A stretch of DNA of 64,000 bases from an uncultured SAR86 cluster bacterium (lineage in GTDB: Bacteria > Pseudomonadota > Gammaproteobacteria > Magnimaribacterales > AG-339-G14). How positions within the stretch are numbered: the stretch's first letter is position 1; each line of letters opens with the position of its first letter. A model generated the notes under the pieces. The model saw only the letters and a list, made by a program, of their open reading frames with translations. It was not told the origin of the DNA and did no database searches. The stretch spans positions 187,975-251,974 of the forward strand of contig CACHCY010000001.1 of assembly GCA_902578495.1 (NCBI GenBank), read 5' to 3'. This document shows, piece after piece, positions 1 through 9,002 of the stretch. The position numbers were made by a program, and so were the translations under genes.

Positions 1-2
1 TC

Positions 3-842
3 TCTATAAGAAAGAAAGGTGATAAAAAATTAGGTACAAGAACAGAACTTAAAAATATAAATTCTTTCAAATTTGTCGAAAAAGCAATTAATTTTGAAAT
101 AAAACGCCAAATTTCTTGTTTGGAAAAAGGAGAAGAAATTGTTCAGGAAACTAGGCTGTATGATGCTACAAATAATACTACTAGATCAATGAGATCGAAA
201 GAGGAAGCTAACGACTATAGATATTTTCCTGAACCAGACATAATTCCTATTCAAATTACATCTGATCAAATCCAGAGGATCAAAAATGAACTGCCAGAAC
301 TACCTGATGAAAAAAAAGAAAGGTTTATAAATGAATTAGGTCTATCAGAATATGATGCGAGGAATCTTACATATGATCTAGGACTTGCAGATTTCTTTGA
401 AAAAACCTTGGTTAATATTGATGATCCGAAGCTTGTAGTCAATTGGATATTAGGAGACTTTTCAGCCATATTAAATAAATTTGACGTAGAAGCTAAAAAC
501 TCAAAAGTTGATGCAGTCAAATTTGCTGAACTACTTACTTATCTTAAAGAAGAAAAAATCTCTGGACAAGCTACGAAAAAGGTTCTGGAAAACATATGGG
601 AAAATCCAGATTTATCAGTTTCCAAAAGCATTCAAGACCTGGGTTTGGAACAAATATCAGACGACAACGAGATTGAAGAGATAATAGAAAAAGTTATAAG
701 TAATAACCCTGATCAAAAAGAACAGTATCTTTCTGGAAAAGATCGTTTATTCGGATTTTTTGTGGGCCAGGCAATGAAAGAATCCAAAGGCAAGGCCAAT
801 CCTAAGCTAGTAAATGAGATTCTAAAAAAGAAATTAGTCTAA
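3..842 (+). CDS. gatB: Asp-tRNA(Asn)/Glu-tRNA(Gln) amidotransferase subunit B, C-terminal part (5' end outside window)
   Basis: Frame 3 is open from the window edge (SIRKKGDKKLGTRTELKNINSFKFVEKAINFEIKRQ) and runs into listed ORF 120..842. It has a GatB/YqeY-type tail, LFGFFVGQAMKESKGKANP. Confidence 0.9.
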   Translation, partial: SIRKKGDKKLGTRTELKNINSFKFVEKAINFEIKRQISCLEKGEEIVQETRLYDATNNTTRSMRSKEEANDYRYFPEPDIIPIQITSDQIQRIKNELPELPDEKKERFINELGLSEYDARNLTYDLGLADFFEKTLVNIDDPKLVVNWILGDFSAILNKFDVEAKNSKVDAVKFAELLTYLKEEKISGQATKKVLENIWENPDLSVSKSIQDLGLEQISDDNEIEEIIEKVISNNPDQKEQYLSGKDRLFGFFVGQAMKESKGKANPKLVNEILKKKLV

Positions 843-1291
843 GTTACATACATAGTGAGTGCTTCAGCTACATATGCTGGCTTTTCTTGCCCCTCAATTT
901 CCATTTTTATTTCATTTTTAACTAGATATCTTCCATCCCCTTTATCATCTACCGATAACAAAGTAGCTTTTGTTCGAACCTTTGAACCAACATTTACAGG
1001 CGTAAGAAATCTAACCTTATCTAAACCATAATTAAAAGCCATTTTCATGTTCTCTGGAGCTACTTGAGGAGCAGGCATTCCAGCCATCAATGATAATGAG
1101 AGAAAACCATGAGCAATGGTGGAACCGAATAGTGGTGTTGCCTTTTCTTCATCGACATGAATGAATTGATGATCTAACGTTACATCAGCAAATTGATTTA
1201 TTCTTTCTTGATCAATTTCCAACCAATCTGATGTACCCATATATTTTCCTATGTAATCTTTTAAAGTATCTGCTGGTACTAATCCCGCCAT
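839..1291 (-). CDS. MaoC-like (R)-specific enoyl-CoA hydratase / hot-dog fold dehydratase
   Basis: 150 aa. Shows the NodN/MaoC pattern (DQERINQFADVTLDHQFIHVDEEKA...STIAHGFLSLSL). Lies directly downstream of an acyl-CoA synthetase. Confidence 0.8.
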   Translation of the reverse strand: MAGLVPADTLKDYIGKYMGTSDWLEIDQERINQFADVTLDHQFIHVDEEKATPLFGSTIAHGFLSLSLMAGMPAPQVAPENMKMAFNYGLDKVRFLTPVNVGSKVRTKATLLSVDDKGDGRYLVKNEIKMEIEGQEKPAYVAEALTMYVT

Positions 1292-1301
1292 TTCAATCTC
1301 C

Positions 1302-2918
1302 TTATGTAATTAAATGATTTTTATAATCTTCTCTTAAACCTGTTTTTAATAGTTTTCCGGTTGCACCGTGAGGTAACTCATCAATGAAGATCACATCATC
1401 AGGCAACCACCACTTTGCAACTTTATCAGAAAGATACTCTAAAACAGATTCTTTTGTACATTCATCAGAATTTTTAACTACAAACAGTAGAGGTCTCTCA
1501 TCCCATTTTTCATGAGCAACTCCAACGACACAAGCTTCTAAAACTCCGGGGCATCCAAGGGCAGTATTTTCTAGGTCAATAGAACTTATCCACTCACCTC
1601 CAGACTTGATTACATCCTTACTCCTATCTACTATCCTCATATATCCATCTGGCGAAATAGTTGATACATCACCAGTATCAAACCAACCATTTTCTAAAGC
1701 GCTTTCTAATGACTTATAATATCTTTCAATTATTGCTGGTCCTTTAACCATTAACCTGCCAAAAGTTTTCCCATCGTTAGGCAAAGTATCTCCTTCGTCA
1801 TTAACAATTTTAATTTGGCATCCATATATTGCTCTTCCTTGACTGGTTTGAAGCTCATAACGATCTTCTAACTCCATTAAATCCATCTCTGCTGTATCTT
1901 GATTTAATGTTCCTAAAGGACTCATTTCAGTCATTCCCCACCCATGCAAAAGGAAAACGTTATGTTTTTCTTGAAAGTCTTTTATCATCGACTTGGGAGC
2001 AGCAGATCCACCTACCAATACTGAATTTACATTTTTTAGAGTAATTTTCTTTTCATCTAAATAATTAAGTAACCCGAGCCATACTGTGGGAACACCTAGT
2101 AAATTATTCACTCCCTCATCGTTAATCAAGTTGTAAATAGACTCTCCATCAGTGAAAGGACCAGGGAATACCAATTTACACCCAAGCATACTAGCTGCAT
2201 AAGGAACTCCCCAAGCATTAACATGAAACATTGGAACTACTGGGAGGACAACACTTTTTGAAGTTAAATTCATTGCATTTCCTGCGCTTGAGTACCATGC
2301 ATGAAGTATTGTAGACCTATGAGAATATAGAACACCTTTTGGATTTCCTGTTGTGCCAGATGTATAACATAAGGAAGATGCTGTGTTTTCATCAAAAGTT
2401 GGCCAATCAAATTCTTCACTTTCTTCTTTAATTAACTCTTCGTAACACATCAAATTTTCTAACTTTGAATCTTTGGGAAGGTTTTCTTTGTCACATAAAA
2501 CAATAAAGCCTTTCACATTTTTCAAATTTTTAGAAACTGCCTCAATTATTGGTATAAAAGGAAGATCAATAAAAAGATACTTATCTTCAGCATGATTAAC
2601 TATGAAATCTATCTGCTCTGGAAAAAGTCTAGGGTTTAAAGTATGCAATACTGCTCCAATTCCAGAGATTCCAAAATAAAGTTCAAAATGTCGGTAGCCA
2701 TTGACAGCCATTGTGCCGAGAACATCGCCTTCTTTAACTCCTAAGTTAACTAAGGCATTGGCAAGCTGCTTTGATCTTTTTGCAGCATCTAAAATAGAAT
2801 ATCTATGAATGTCTCCTTCAACTCTCTTGCTTACTATTTCAGTTTTAGAATTATTTTGAATTGCATGCTCAAGGATTCCTGAGATGAGCAAAGGTTCAGT
2901 CATCATATTACCCAGCAT
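1302..2918 (-). CDS. fatty-acid--CoA ligase (AMP-binding enzyme family)
   Basis: 538 aa. AMP-binding motif [18 protein letters not shown] block, DTGD, and C-terminal GKLLK lysine. Confidence 0.85.
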   Translation of the reverse strand: MLGNMMTEPLLISGILEHAIQNNSKTEIVSKRVEGDIHRYSILDAAKRSKQLANALVNLGVKEGDVLGTMAVNGYRHFELYFGISGIGAVLHTLNPRLFPEQIDFIVNHAEDKYLFIDLPFIPIIEAVSKNLKNVKGFIVLCDKENLPKDSKLENLMCYEELIKEESEEFDWPTFDENTASSLCYTSGTTGNPKGVLYSHRSTILHAWYSSAGNAMNLTSKSVVLPVVPMFHVNAWGVPYAASMLGCKLVFPGPFTDGESIYNLINDEGVNNLLGVPTVWLGLLNYLDEKKITLKNVNSVLVGGSAAPKSMIKDFQEKHNVFLLHGWGMTEMSPLGTLNQDTAEMDLMELEDRYELQTSQGRAIYGCQIKIVNDEGDTLPNDGKTFGRLMVKGPAIIERYYKSLESALENGWFDTGDVSTISPDGYMRIVDRSKDVIKSGGEWISSIDLENTALGCPGVLEACVVGVAHEKWDERPLLFVVKNSDECTKESVLEYLSDKVAKWWLPDDVIFIDELPHGATGKLLKTGLREDYKNHLIT

Positions 2919-2934
2919 AATTACCTCTTTATGA

Positions 2935-3993
2935 TTAATATTTATTAAAAGTCTGACTAACTAATGGAGAATATCTTCGATGTAAGTAAGTTTCAATAGT
3001 CTGCTTAGATTTAAAATTTTTTATTAGTTCTATATCATTTAAGGCTTGCACTAAATAAGGTTTCCATTCCAAAAACAAATTATCATCTGTAGTCTCAAAA
3101 ATTGCTTTCTTAATATCTTTTGAACTTCTAATCATTTTATTGATTTCAGATTTATTGAGATTTTTGAAAGGACTATCAAACAAAGGCAGTAGTTCACTGG
3201 GTAAATTTATCTTTTTTTTCTTATCAAAAACCTTGCTTATTAAAAATTCATCAGTGTTTATTAGGCCAGTGCCATTAATAGCGTGTCCATAAGGATTACC
3301 TCTAAAAAAATCCCTACCCGTAATGTCACCTAAAAAAAGCCTTGTGGGACAATAATCGTTTGCATAAAAATTATCCCAAATAACCACAGGATTCTTTATT
3401 ACTTGGCCTAACTCTTTGAGGTGATCTTGAGAAATAAAATCACTAATTACTTTTGGACCCGTCCAAAGAAAAAATAAATCATTATTTATGGTTTCTGATA
3501 CTCCTTCGAGATACTTATCATTTTGAATTCCTTTTTTAGAAAAGCTTTGGCAATAAATTGATGGACAAAACCATCCATTACTAAGGCCCAACTTAGTAGT
3601 TACCTCTGAAATTAATTCGCCGTGAAATTTACCTAAATCCTTGTCATCAGATTCTATTCCAATATTATTTATATCAATATCATCAAATAATAAACCCGCC
3701 TCGGAAAATCCTTTATCAATGGCAAAATTAAACTTTGACAGCAGAAGGTTTAAATCCTTCTTAGATTTTCTATTAAAGTCTGCTCCTGGAGATAATGTAT
3801 ATACTTGAGCTATATTTTTTGGAATGCTTCGTGCTTCAAGAGATTTATCTTCAATTCGCCATTTTTGCCTGATGTAAGCATCTTCTTTTGGCGCATAAAT
3901 GTAATGGGTAATATTACTATTCTTAAAACCATAATCATTTTTTTTTGGCTTTCTATTATAGAAACCTTCTATAAATCCTCTGATTTTCATCAT
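2935..3993 (-). CDS. GH84 family beta-N-acetylhexosaminidase (O-GlcNAcase-like), no signal peptide
   Basis: Blocks GFIEGFYNR, YIYAPKED, LLFDDID, FCPSIYC, LWTGPKVIS and VIWDNFYANDY..RLFLG match human OGA/bacterial GH84 catalytic-domain blocks. The track ORF starts at a TTG (3999). I prefer the ATG at 3993, which forms TAATG with the moeB stop. Confidence 0.7.
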   Translation of the reverse strand: MMKIRGFIEGFYNRKPKKNDYGFKNSNITHYIYAPKEDAYIRQKWRIEDKSLEARSIPKNIAQVYTLSPGADFNRKSKKDLNLLLSKFNFAIDKGFSEAGLLFDDIDINNIGIESDDKDLGKFHGELISEVTTKLGLSNGWFCPSIYCQSFSKKGIQNDKYLEGVSETINNDLFFLWTGPKVISDFISQDHLKELGQVIKNPVVIWDNFYANDYCPTRLFLGDITGRDFFRGNPYGHAINGTGLINTDEFLISKVFDKKKKINLPSELLPLFDSPFKNLNKSEINKMIRSSKDIKKAIFETTDDNLFLEWKPYLVQALNDIELIKNFKSKQTIETYLHRRYSPLVSQTFNKY

Positions 3994-4763
3994 TAACAAT
4001 CACCACAAATTTTACATAGGTTATTTTTTTTAAAAGAAATTTCCCTACTTAAATTATCTTTAAAATCATAATCTTGGAAAATTTGGCAGTTCTTGGATAT
4101 CTTAGTAATAGTTTTTATTGATTCTGAAGCTAACATTGACCCAATTATTCCTACTATTGGAGAAAATATTGCTGATTCTGTACAGCTTAAGTCTTCAGAA
4201 GATGTATCTTCAAATAAGCATTCATAACATGCACTATCCTTTTGAAAATCAAATTTCATAAACTGCCCTTTCCACTGAATGCATGAACCAGAAATTAAGG
4301 ATATTTTATTTTTATAACAGTATTTATTTGTATACCTTCTGGTTTCAAAATTATCAGAACAATCTATAACAATTTCGCTCTTTGTTATTTCATCAGGAAC
4401 ATTATTTTTTTTAAAACTTTGTCTGAATTTTTTTATATTCACATCAGGATTAAGCCTCAATAAAGATGTAACTGCAGCATCGACTTTGAAAGCATTCAAG
4501 TCCTCTTCGCGGAATAAAATTTGTCTTTGTAAGTTGCTTAGATCAACTTGGTCAGGATCAAAGAGGTTTAAGTTGCCAATTCCGCTTGCAACTAAATACT
4601 GCGAGCAGGCGCATCCCAAACCACCAACTCCAATAATCGTGACAGTAGAATTTTTTAGTAGCCTTTGTCCCTCTACCCCTATATCTGCAAGCATGATGTT
4701 TCTACTGTATTTCATCATCTCTTTTTCACTAAAGTTCACTTGGTTAGGCACGCTACTCTCCAT
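3993..4763 (-). CDS. moeB: MoeB/ThiF-family adenylyltransferase (molybdopterin-synthase adenylyltransferase-like)
   Basis: 256 aa. YSRNIML, the IIGVGGLGCACSQYL nucleotide-binding loop, LSNLQRQ, and CYEC plus CKIC zinc-type Cys pairs. Sits immediately after prmC, as in Pseudomonas. Confidence 0.75.
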   Translation of the reverse strand: MESSVPNQVNFSEKEMMKYSRNIMLADIGVEGQRLLKNSTVTIIGVGGLGCACSQYLVASGIGNLNLFDPDQVDLSNLQRQILFREEDLNAFKVDAAVTSLLRLNPDVNIKKFRQSFKKNNVPDEITKSEIVIDCSDNFETRRYTNKYCYKNKISLISGSCIQWKGQFMKFDFQKDSACYECLFEDTSSEDLSCTESAIFSPIVGIIGSMLASESIKTITKISKNCQIFQDYDFKDNLSREISFKKNNLCKICGDC

Positions 4764-5542
4764 TTTCTATTAAAATCTTTTAAAAAAGAAACATCACTAT
4801 AGTCATTTTGATTTGCCATCTTATTGATAGGATCCTTCTGATCAAATCCATGCTCTAAAAGCAACTTCCCATTTTCTTTCAAAAAAGTAACACTATTTTT
4901 TATGATTGTACTAATGTCAGCCAATCCCTTTTTCTCTGAAAAAAGTGCAGACGGTGGCTCAAACCAAATTCCATCCTCACCTCCATCTAAATCATTGCGA
5001 TAAATATATGGTGGATTAGAAATTATCAAATCCATCGGCTCAAAAAGCCATCTTTTATCCCAATCATGCTGAATTAGAACAGAATTTTTTAGATTTAGAG
5101 CTTTCATGTTTTCTCTCGCAACAGAAAGAGCTTCAAAACTTTTATCTGTAAAGGTGCAAGTCCAAAAAGGCTTTTCTTTGGCTATAGACATACCTATAGC
5201 TCCTGATCCTGTTCCAAGCTCAAGAAGTGAACAATTCTCTAAATCAATAGAGATGGCTGTTTCCACTAATAATTCTGACTCTGGTCTAGGGATTAACGTA
5301 CTTTGATTAACCTGAAATTCATCATCCCAAAAAGGTTTTATTCCTGTTATGTATGCCAAAGGGAACCCTTCTTCTCTCTTCTTTACAAGATGGATGAAGG
5401 CTTTATTTGTTGTATCTTGAATTTCAATATCGATTTTTTTATAAAGATCAACTCTTTCAATTTTAAGGATGTGGCACAAAATTAGTTCCTTATCTAATGT
5501 TGGCAGGTTAGAAATTGAAAATAACTTTCGGAGATTTGTCAC
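4736..5542 (-). CDS. prmC: release-factor glutamine N5-methyltransferase
   Basis: 268 aa. LELGTGSGAI SAM motif and the NPPY motif (IISNPPYI). ATGA overlap with the prfA stop. Confidence 0.9.
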   Translation of the reverse strand: MTNLRKLFSISNLPTLDKELILCHILKIERVDLYKKIDIEIQDTTNKAFIHLVKKREEGFPLAYITGIKPFWDDEFQVNQSTLIPRPESELLVETAISIDLENCSLLELGTGSGAIGMSIAKEKPFWTCTFTDKSFEALSVARENMKALNLKNSVLIQHDWDKRWLFEPMDLIISNPPYIYRNDLDGGEDGIWFEPPSALFSEKKGLADISTIIKNSVTFLKENGKLLLEHGFDQKDPINKMANQNDYSDVSFLKDFNRKWRVACLTK

Positions 5543-6630
5543 GAGAGTGTTTTTTCAAGGTTTGATAATAATCTAGCCTGATTTTCTTCTAATAACGTTG
5601 AAATCATGATTTCCATTTCACCATCTAAGAAACCATCCAGATTATGAACTGAAAATTCAATTCTATGGTCAGTGATTCTACTTTGAGGAAAATTGTAAGT
5701 CCTAATTTTCTCAGATCGATCTCCTGACCCAACCATATTTTTTCTTTTTTCAGCTTGCTCTTTAGATAGTTCTTCTTCTGCCATTGCTTTGAGCTTTGCA
5801 CCGAGCAAAGTAAGTGCCTTTGCTTTATTCTTATGTTGAGACCTATCATCCTGGCACTCAACGACTATTCCGGTCGGAATGTGAGTTAACCTCACCGCTG
5901 AATCTGTCTTATTAACATGCTGTCCTCCTGCACCAGAGGCACGAAAAGTGTCAGTTCTGATTTCAGATTTATCTATCTCAACTTCTTCAACATCTTCTAT
6001 TTCTGCAAGAATAGCTACCGAGCATGCTGAGGTATGAATTCTTCCTTGTGATTCAGTTGAAGGAACTCTTTGAACGCGATGTATCCCAGACTCAAACTTT
6101 AATTTTTTATAAACATTCTCTCCAGAGATTTTAATTACTACTTCTTTAAATCCACCTTGCTCGCTTTCTCTTGATGAAATAAGTTCACTTTTCCATCTAT
6201 TTCTTTCTGCCAGCCTTAGATACATTCTATAAAGATCTCCAACAAAAAGTGCCGCCTCATCACCACCGGTTCCGGCTCTAACTTCAACAAAAACATTCTT
6301 ATCATCATTCTCATCGACAGGTATAAGAAGATTCTTCAGCTCTATTTCAATCTCAGATATTCTTTCGTTATTCTCTTTAATTTCCTCTTTTGCTAACTCC
6401 GCTAAATCTATATCAGACTCATTAAGGACTTCTTCAGCACTTGAAATATTGCTTTCACACTGAATGTATTCTTCGAATTTTTCTACAATAGGTTTTAAAT
6501 TAGAATATTCTTTTGATAAAGAGGCATACTGCTTTTGATCATTGATTACATCTGGCATGCTCAATTTAGTCTGAATATCAGAGAAATTATCTTTAATCTC
6601 AGTTAATCTTGTTTTTATTGAATCTAACAT
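5539..6630 (-). CDS. prfA: peptide chain release factor 1
   Basis: 363 aa. GGQ motif (SGAGGQHVNKTDSAVR) and an RF1-type PxT tripeptide (VPSTE). Confidence 0.95.
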   Translation of the reverse strand: MLDSIKTRLTEIKDNFSDIQTKLSMPDVINDQKQYASLSKEYSNLKPIVEKFEEYIQCESNISSAEEVLNESDIDLAELAKEEIKENNERISEIEIELKNLLIPVDENDDKNVFVEVRAGTGGDEAALFVGDLYRMYLRLAERNRWKSELISSRESEQGGFKEVVIKISGENVYKKLKFESGIHRVQRVPSTESQGRIHTSACSVAILAEIEDVEEVEIDKSEIRTDTFRASGAGGQHVNKTDSAVRLTHIPTGIVVECQDDRSQHKNKAKALTLLGAKLKAMAEEELSKEQAEKRKNMVGSGDRSEKIRTYNFPQSRITDHRIEFSVHNLDGFLDGEMEIMISTLLEENQARLLSNLEKTLS

Positions 6631-6648
6631 TTATAAAATTTTAAAAAG

Positions 6649-7164
6649 ATGAATAAAAATTCAATCCTGAGGTCAATTCTACTTATTTTTATTTTAGTAT
6701 CCTATCTTTCGTCTTGTGCAACTGTTAAAGATGAATTAATTACTTCAAAAAATGATAGAAATTTTTTAACTGCAAGTTTTTCATTTAGAACAAGTGAATC
6801 TTTCCTTAACGGAAAAGTCAGTTTTTTAAAACAAAAAGAAAAAATAACAATAAATTTTAAAAGTAGTAGGTTCTATCCAAAATTCAGCCTTGTGTTCAAA
6901 AACAAAGATACATATCAATTACTAGTCAATAATTCTTTCAGAAACAAAGCAGAAGAAATAATTCAAAGGAATGATAATTTAATTTATACACTTTATGCAG
7001 TTGTAGATTGGTACTACAGAGATTGCTTATCTGGAAATTGCAAACTTCTAAAAATAATAGAAGATTCTATCCTTGTTGAAAAAATATCTGATGGTCAAGA
7101 AGATGCGGATAAATTAGTTGCAACTAATCCATTTTATAAACTTCAGATTCAGATAAATAAATGA
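6649..7164 (+). CDS. lolB: outer-membrane lipoprotein LolB-like
   Basis: 171 aa. Signal peptide with lipobox LSSC. Position immediately upstream of and overlapping ispE (ATGA) matches the conserved lolB-ispE-prs order. Sequence similarity to LolB is only loose by eye. Confidence 0.55.
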   Translation: MNKNSILRSILLIFILVSYLSSCATVKDELITSKNDRNFLTASFSFRTSESFLNGKVSFLKQKEKITINFKSSRFYPKFSLVFKNKDTYQLLVNNSFRNKAEEIIQRNDNLIYTLYAVVDWYYRDCLSGNCKLLKIIEDSILVEKISDGQEDADKLVATNPFYKLQIQINK

Positions 7165-7961
7165 AAGTTTCCTGTCCAGCGAAGTTAAACATTGGCTTGA
7201 AAATAAATTCAAAGAGACCTGACGGATATCATGATCTTGAAACCGAGTTCAGATTAATATCTTTGTATGATTATCTTGAAATAAAAGAAAGTAAAAATTT
7301 CCAACTTAATATTAATAATGATGAGATTGAAACTGAAGATAATCTAATTACAAAAGCTTATTTTTTGATGAAAAGCTTATGTAATGAAAAATCTGAATTC
7401 TCTTTTAAAGTACAAAAAAATATACCAATAGGTGCAGGCTTAGGAGGCGGAAGTTCAAATTGTGCTTCTGCATTGATCGTTCTTAATAGACTTTTTAAAT
7501 TAAATCTAACGGACAATAAGTTATTAAAAATTGGACTTAGTCTAGGAAGCGATGTTCCTTTTTTCATAAAAGGAAGAAATTCTATTGCTAAAGGGAGAGG
7601 CGAATTACTTGAAACTATTGAAAGAGAGGCAAATTATTATTTGATTATCTATCCAGATATAAAAGTATCCACGGCTGATGCATTCAAGTTTTATGAAGAA
7701 AATAAAACAGATTTTCCAAAGCATTTAAAAAATGATTTTGAGTACTTTGCAAGAAAAGTATATCCAGAAATAAATGAAATTTTTAACCTCATGTCTCAAT
7801 ATGGAACTGTAGAATTATCTGGAACCGGCTCTTCAATGTATTTAAATTTTAATTCTTCAGAAGAGGCGTATACAATTGCAACGAAAGTTCCGACTAACTG
7901 TAAGTTTTTTGTAACAAGAAGTTTAGATAAGTCTCCGATATATGATGAACTTAATAAATAA
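7161..7961 (+). CDS. ispE: 4-diphosphocytidyl-2-C-methyl-D-erythritol kinase
   Basis: 266 aa. CPAKLNIGL start and GHMP-kinase motif PIGAGLGGGSSNCAS. Confidence 0.9.
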   Translation: MKVSCPAKLNIGLKINSKRPDGYHDLETEFRLISLYDYLEIKESKNFQLNINNDEIETEDNLITKAYFLMKSLCNEKSEFSFKVQKNIPIGAGLGGGSSNCASALIVLNRLFKLNLTDNKLLKIGLSLGSDVPFFIKGRNSIAKGRGELLETIEREANYYLIIYPDIKVSTADAFKFYEENKTDFPKHLKNDFEYFARKVYPEINEIFNLMSQYGTVELSGTGSSMYLNFNSSEEAYTIATKVPTNCKFFVTRSLDKSPIYDELNK

Positions 7962-8036
7962 TGGGGTGTGGCCAAGCGGTAAGGCAGCGGCTTTTGATGC
8001 CGCCATGCGTAGGTTCGAATCCTACCACCCCAGCCA
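7962..8036 (+). tRNA. tRNA-Gln (anticodon UUG)
   Basis: TGGGGTG...CACCCCA acceptor stem plus GCCA. Anticodon arm GCGGC-TTTTGAT-GCCGC. T arm TAGGTTCGAATCCTA. Near-identical architecture to E. coli tRNA-Gln. Confidence 0.9.
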
Positions 8037-8042
8037 GATAAA

Positions 8043-8999
8043 ATGTTAAAGCCTGCTAAAAATCTTATTTTATTTTCAGGTAATGCTAACAATGTATTAG
8101 CTGGAAAGATTGCTAAAAAACTTGGTAAAAATCTAGGAAAAGCTGAAGTAGAGAGATTCAGCGACGGCGAGTCAGATGTAAGGATAAACGTTAATGTCAG
8201 AGGAAAGGATGTGTTCATAGTCCAATCAACTTGTTCTCCTGCAAATGAAAATCTTATGGAGTTATCAATTATGATAGATGCTTTAAGGAGAGCATCTGCA
8301 TCCAGAATTACTGCAGTGATTCCCTATTTTGGTTATGCCAGACAGGATCGAAGAGTTAGATCTGAAAGAGTGCCTATTTCAGCAAAACTAGTTGCTGAAA
8401 TTCTTCAAATTGCTGGCGCAAATAGAATCATGACTCTGGATTTGCACTCAGACCAAATACAGGGTTTCTTCAATATACCTGTGGATAATATCTATGTTAC
8501 AAAAGCATTCTTAAATCATATAAATAGATCAAAATATCCCAACCAAATTGTAGTTTCTCCTGATGTAGGAGGCGTTGTAAGAGCAAGAGCACTAGCAAAA
8601 TATATGGGGGACACTGATTTAGCTATCATTGATAAAAGAAGAGAAAAAGCGAATGAATCTGAAGTCATGAATGTTATTGGGGACGTTAAGAACAAAACAT
8701 GCATTATTATAGATGACATAATTGATACAGCGGGAACTCTGTGCAACGCTGCTGATGCATTGAAAAAAGAAGGTGCTCATGAAGTTTATGCTTATATTTC
8801 TCACCCAGTTCTTTCTGGCTCTGCAATTAAAAAAATATCTAAATCAAAACTAGACTCATTGATAGTAACTGATACAATTCCGCTCTCAAAAGAGGCTGAA
8901 AATTGTAAGAAAATAATGATTGTCTCTATGGATTCAACATTAGCAGGCGCTATAACAAGAGTGAATAGAGAAGAATCAATCAGTGAAATGTTTTTATAA
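8043..8999 (+). CDS. prs: ribose-phosphate pyrophosphokinase
   Basis: 318 aa. [28 protein letters not shown], and PRPP-binding loop [12 protein letters not shown]. Confidence 0.95.
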   Translation: MLKPAKNLILFSGNANNVLAGKIAKKLGKNLGKAEVERFSDGESDVRINVNVRGKDVFIVQSTCSPANENLMELSIMIDALRRASASRITAVIPYFGYARQDRRVRSERVPISAKLVAEILQIAGANRIMTLDLHSDQIQGFFNIPVDNIYVTKAFLNHINRSKYPNQIVVSPDVGGVVRARALAKYMGDTDLAIIDKRREKANESEVMNVIGDVKNKTCIIIDDIIDTAGTLCNAADALKKEGAHEVYAYISHPVLSGSAIKKISKSKLDSLIVTDTIPLSKEAENCKKIMIVSMDSTLAGAITRVNREESISEMFL

Positions 9000-9002
9000 A
9001 AA

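Noticed and set aside
3993-4763. The MoeB/ThiF E1-like gene together with GH84 as a novel ubiquitin-like or glycan-modification system.
   Set aside because: moeB directly after prmC is a conserved housekeeping arrangement in Pseudomonas-type genomes. No MoaD/ThiS/Ubl-like or JAMM-like gene is nearby. The coupling to GH84 is better explained by genome compaction.
7796-8218. 140-aa minus-strand ORF spanning the ispE 3' end, tRNA-Gln and the prs 5' end.
   Set aside because: It reads through the antisense of a tRNA gene and two conserved coding regions, and has no motif support.
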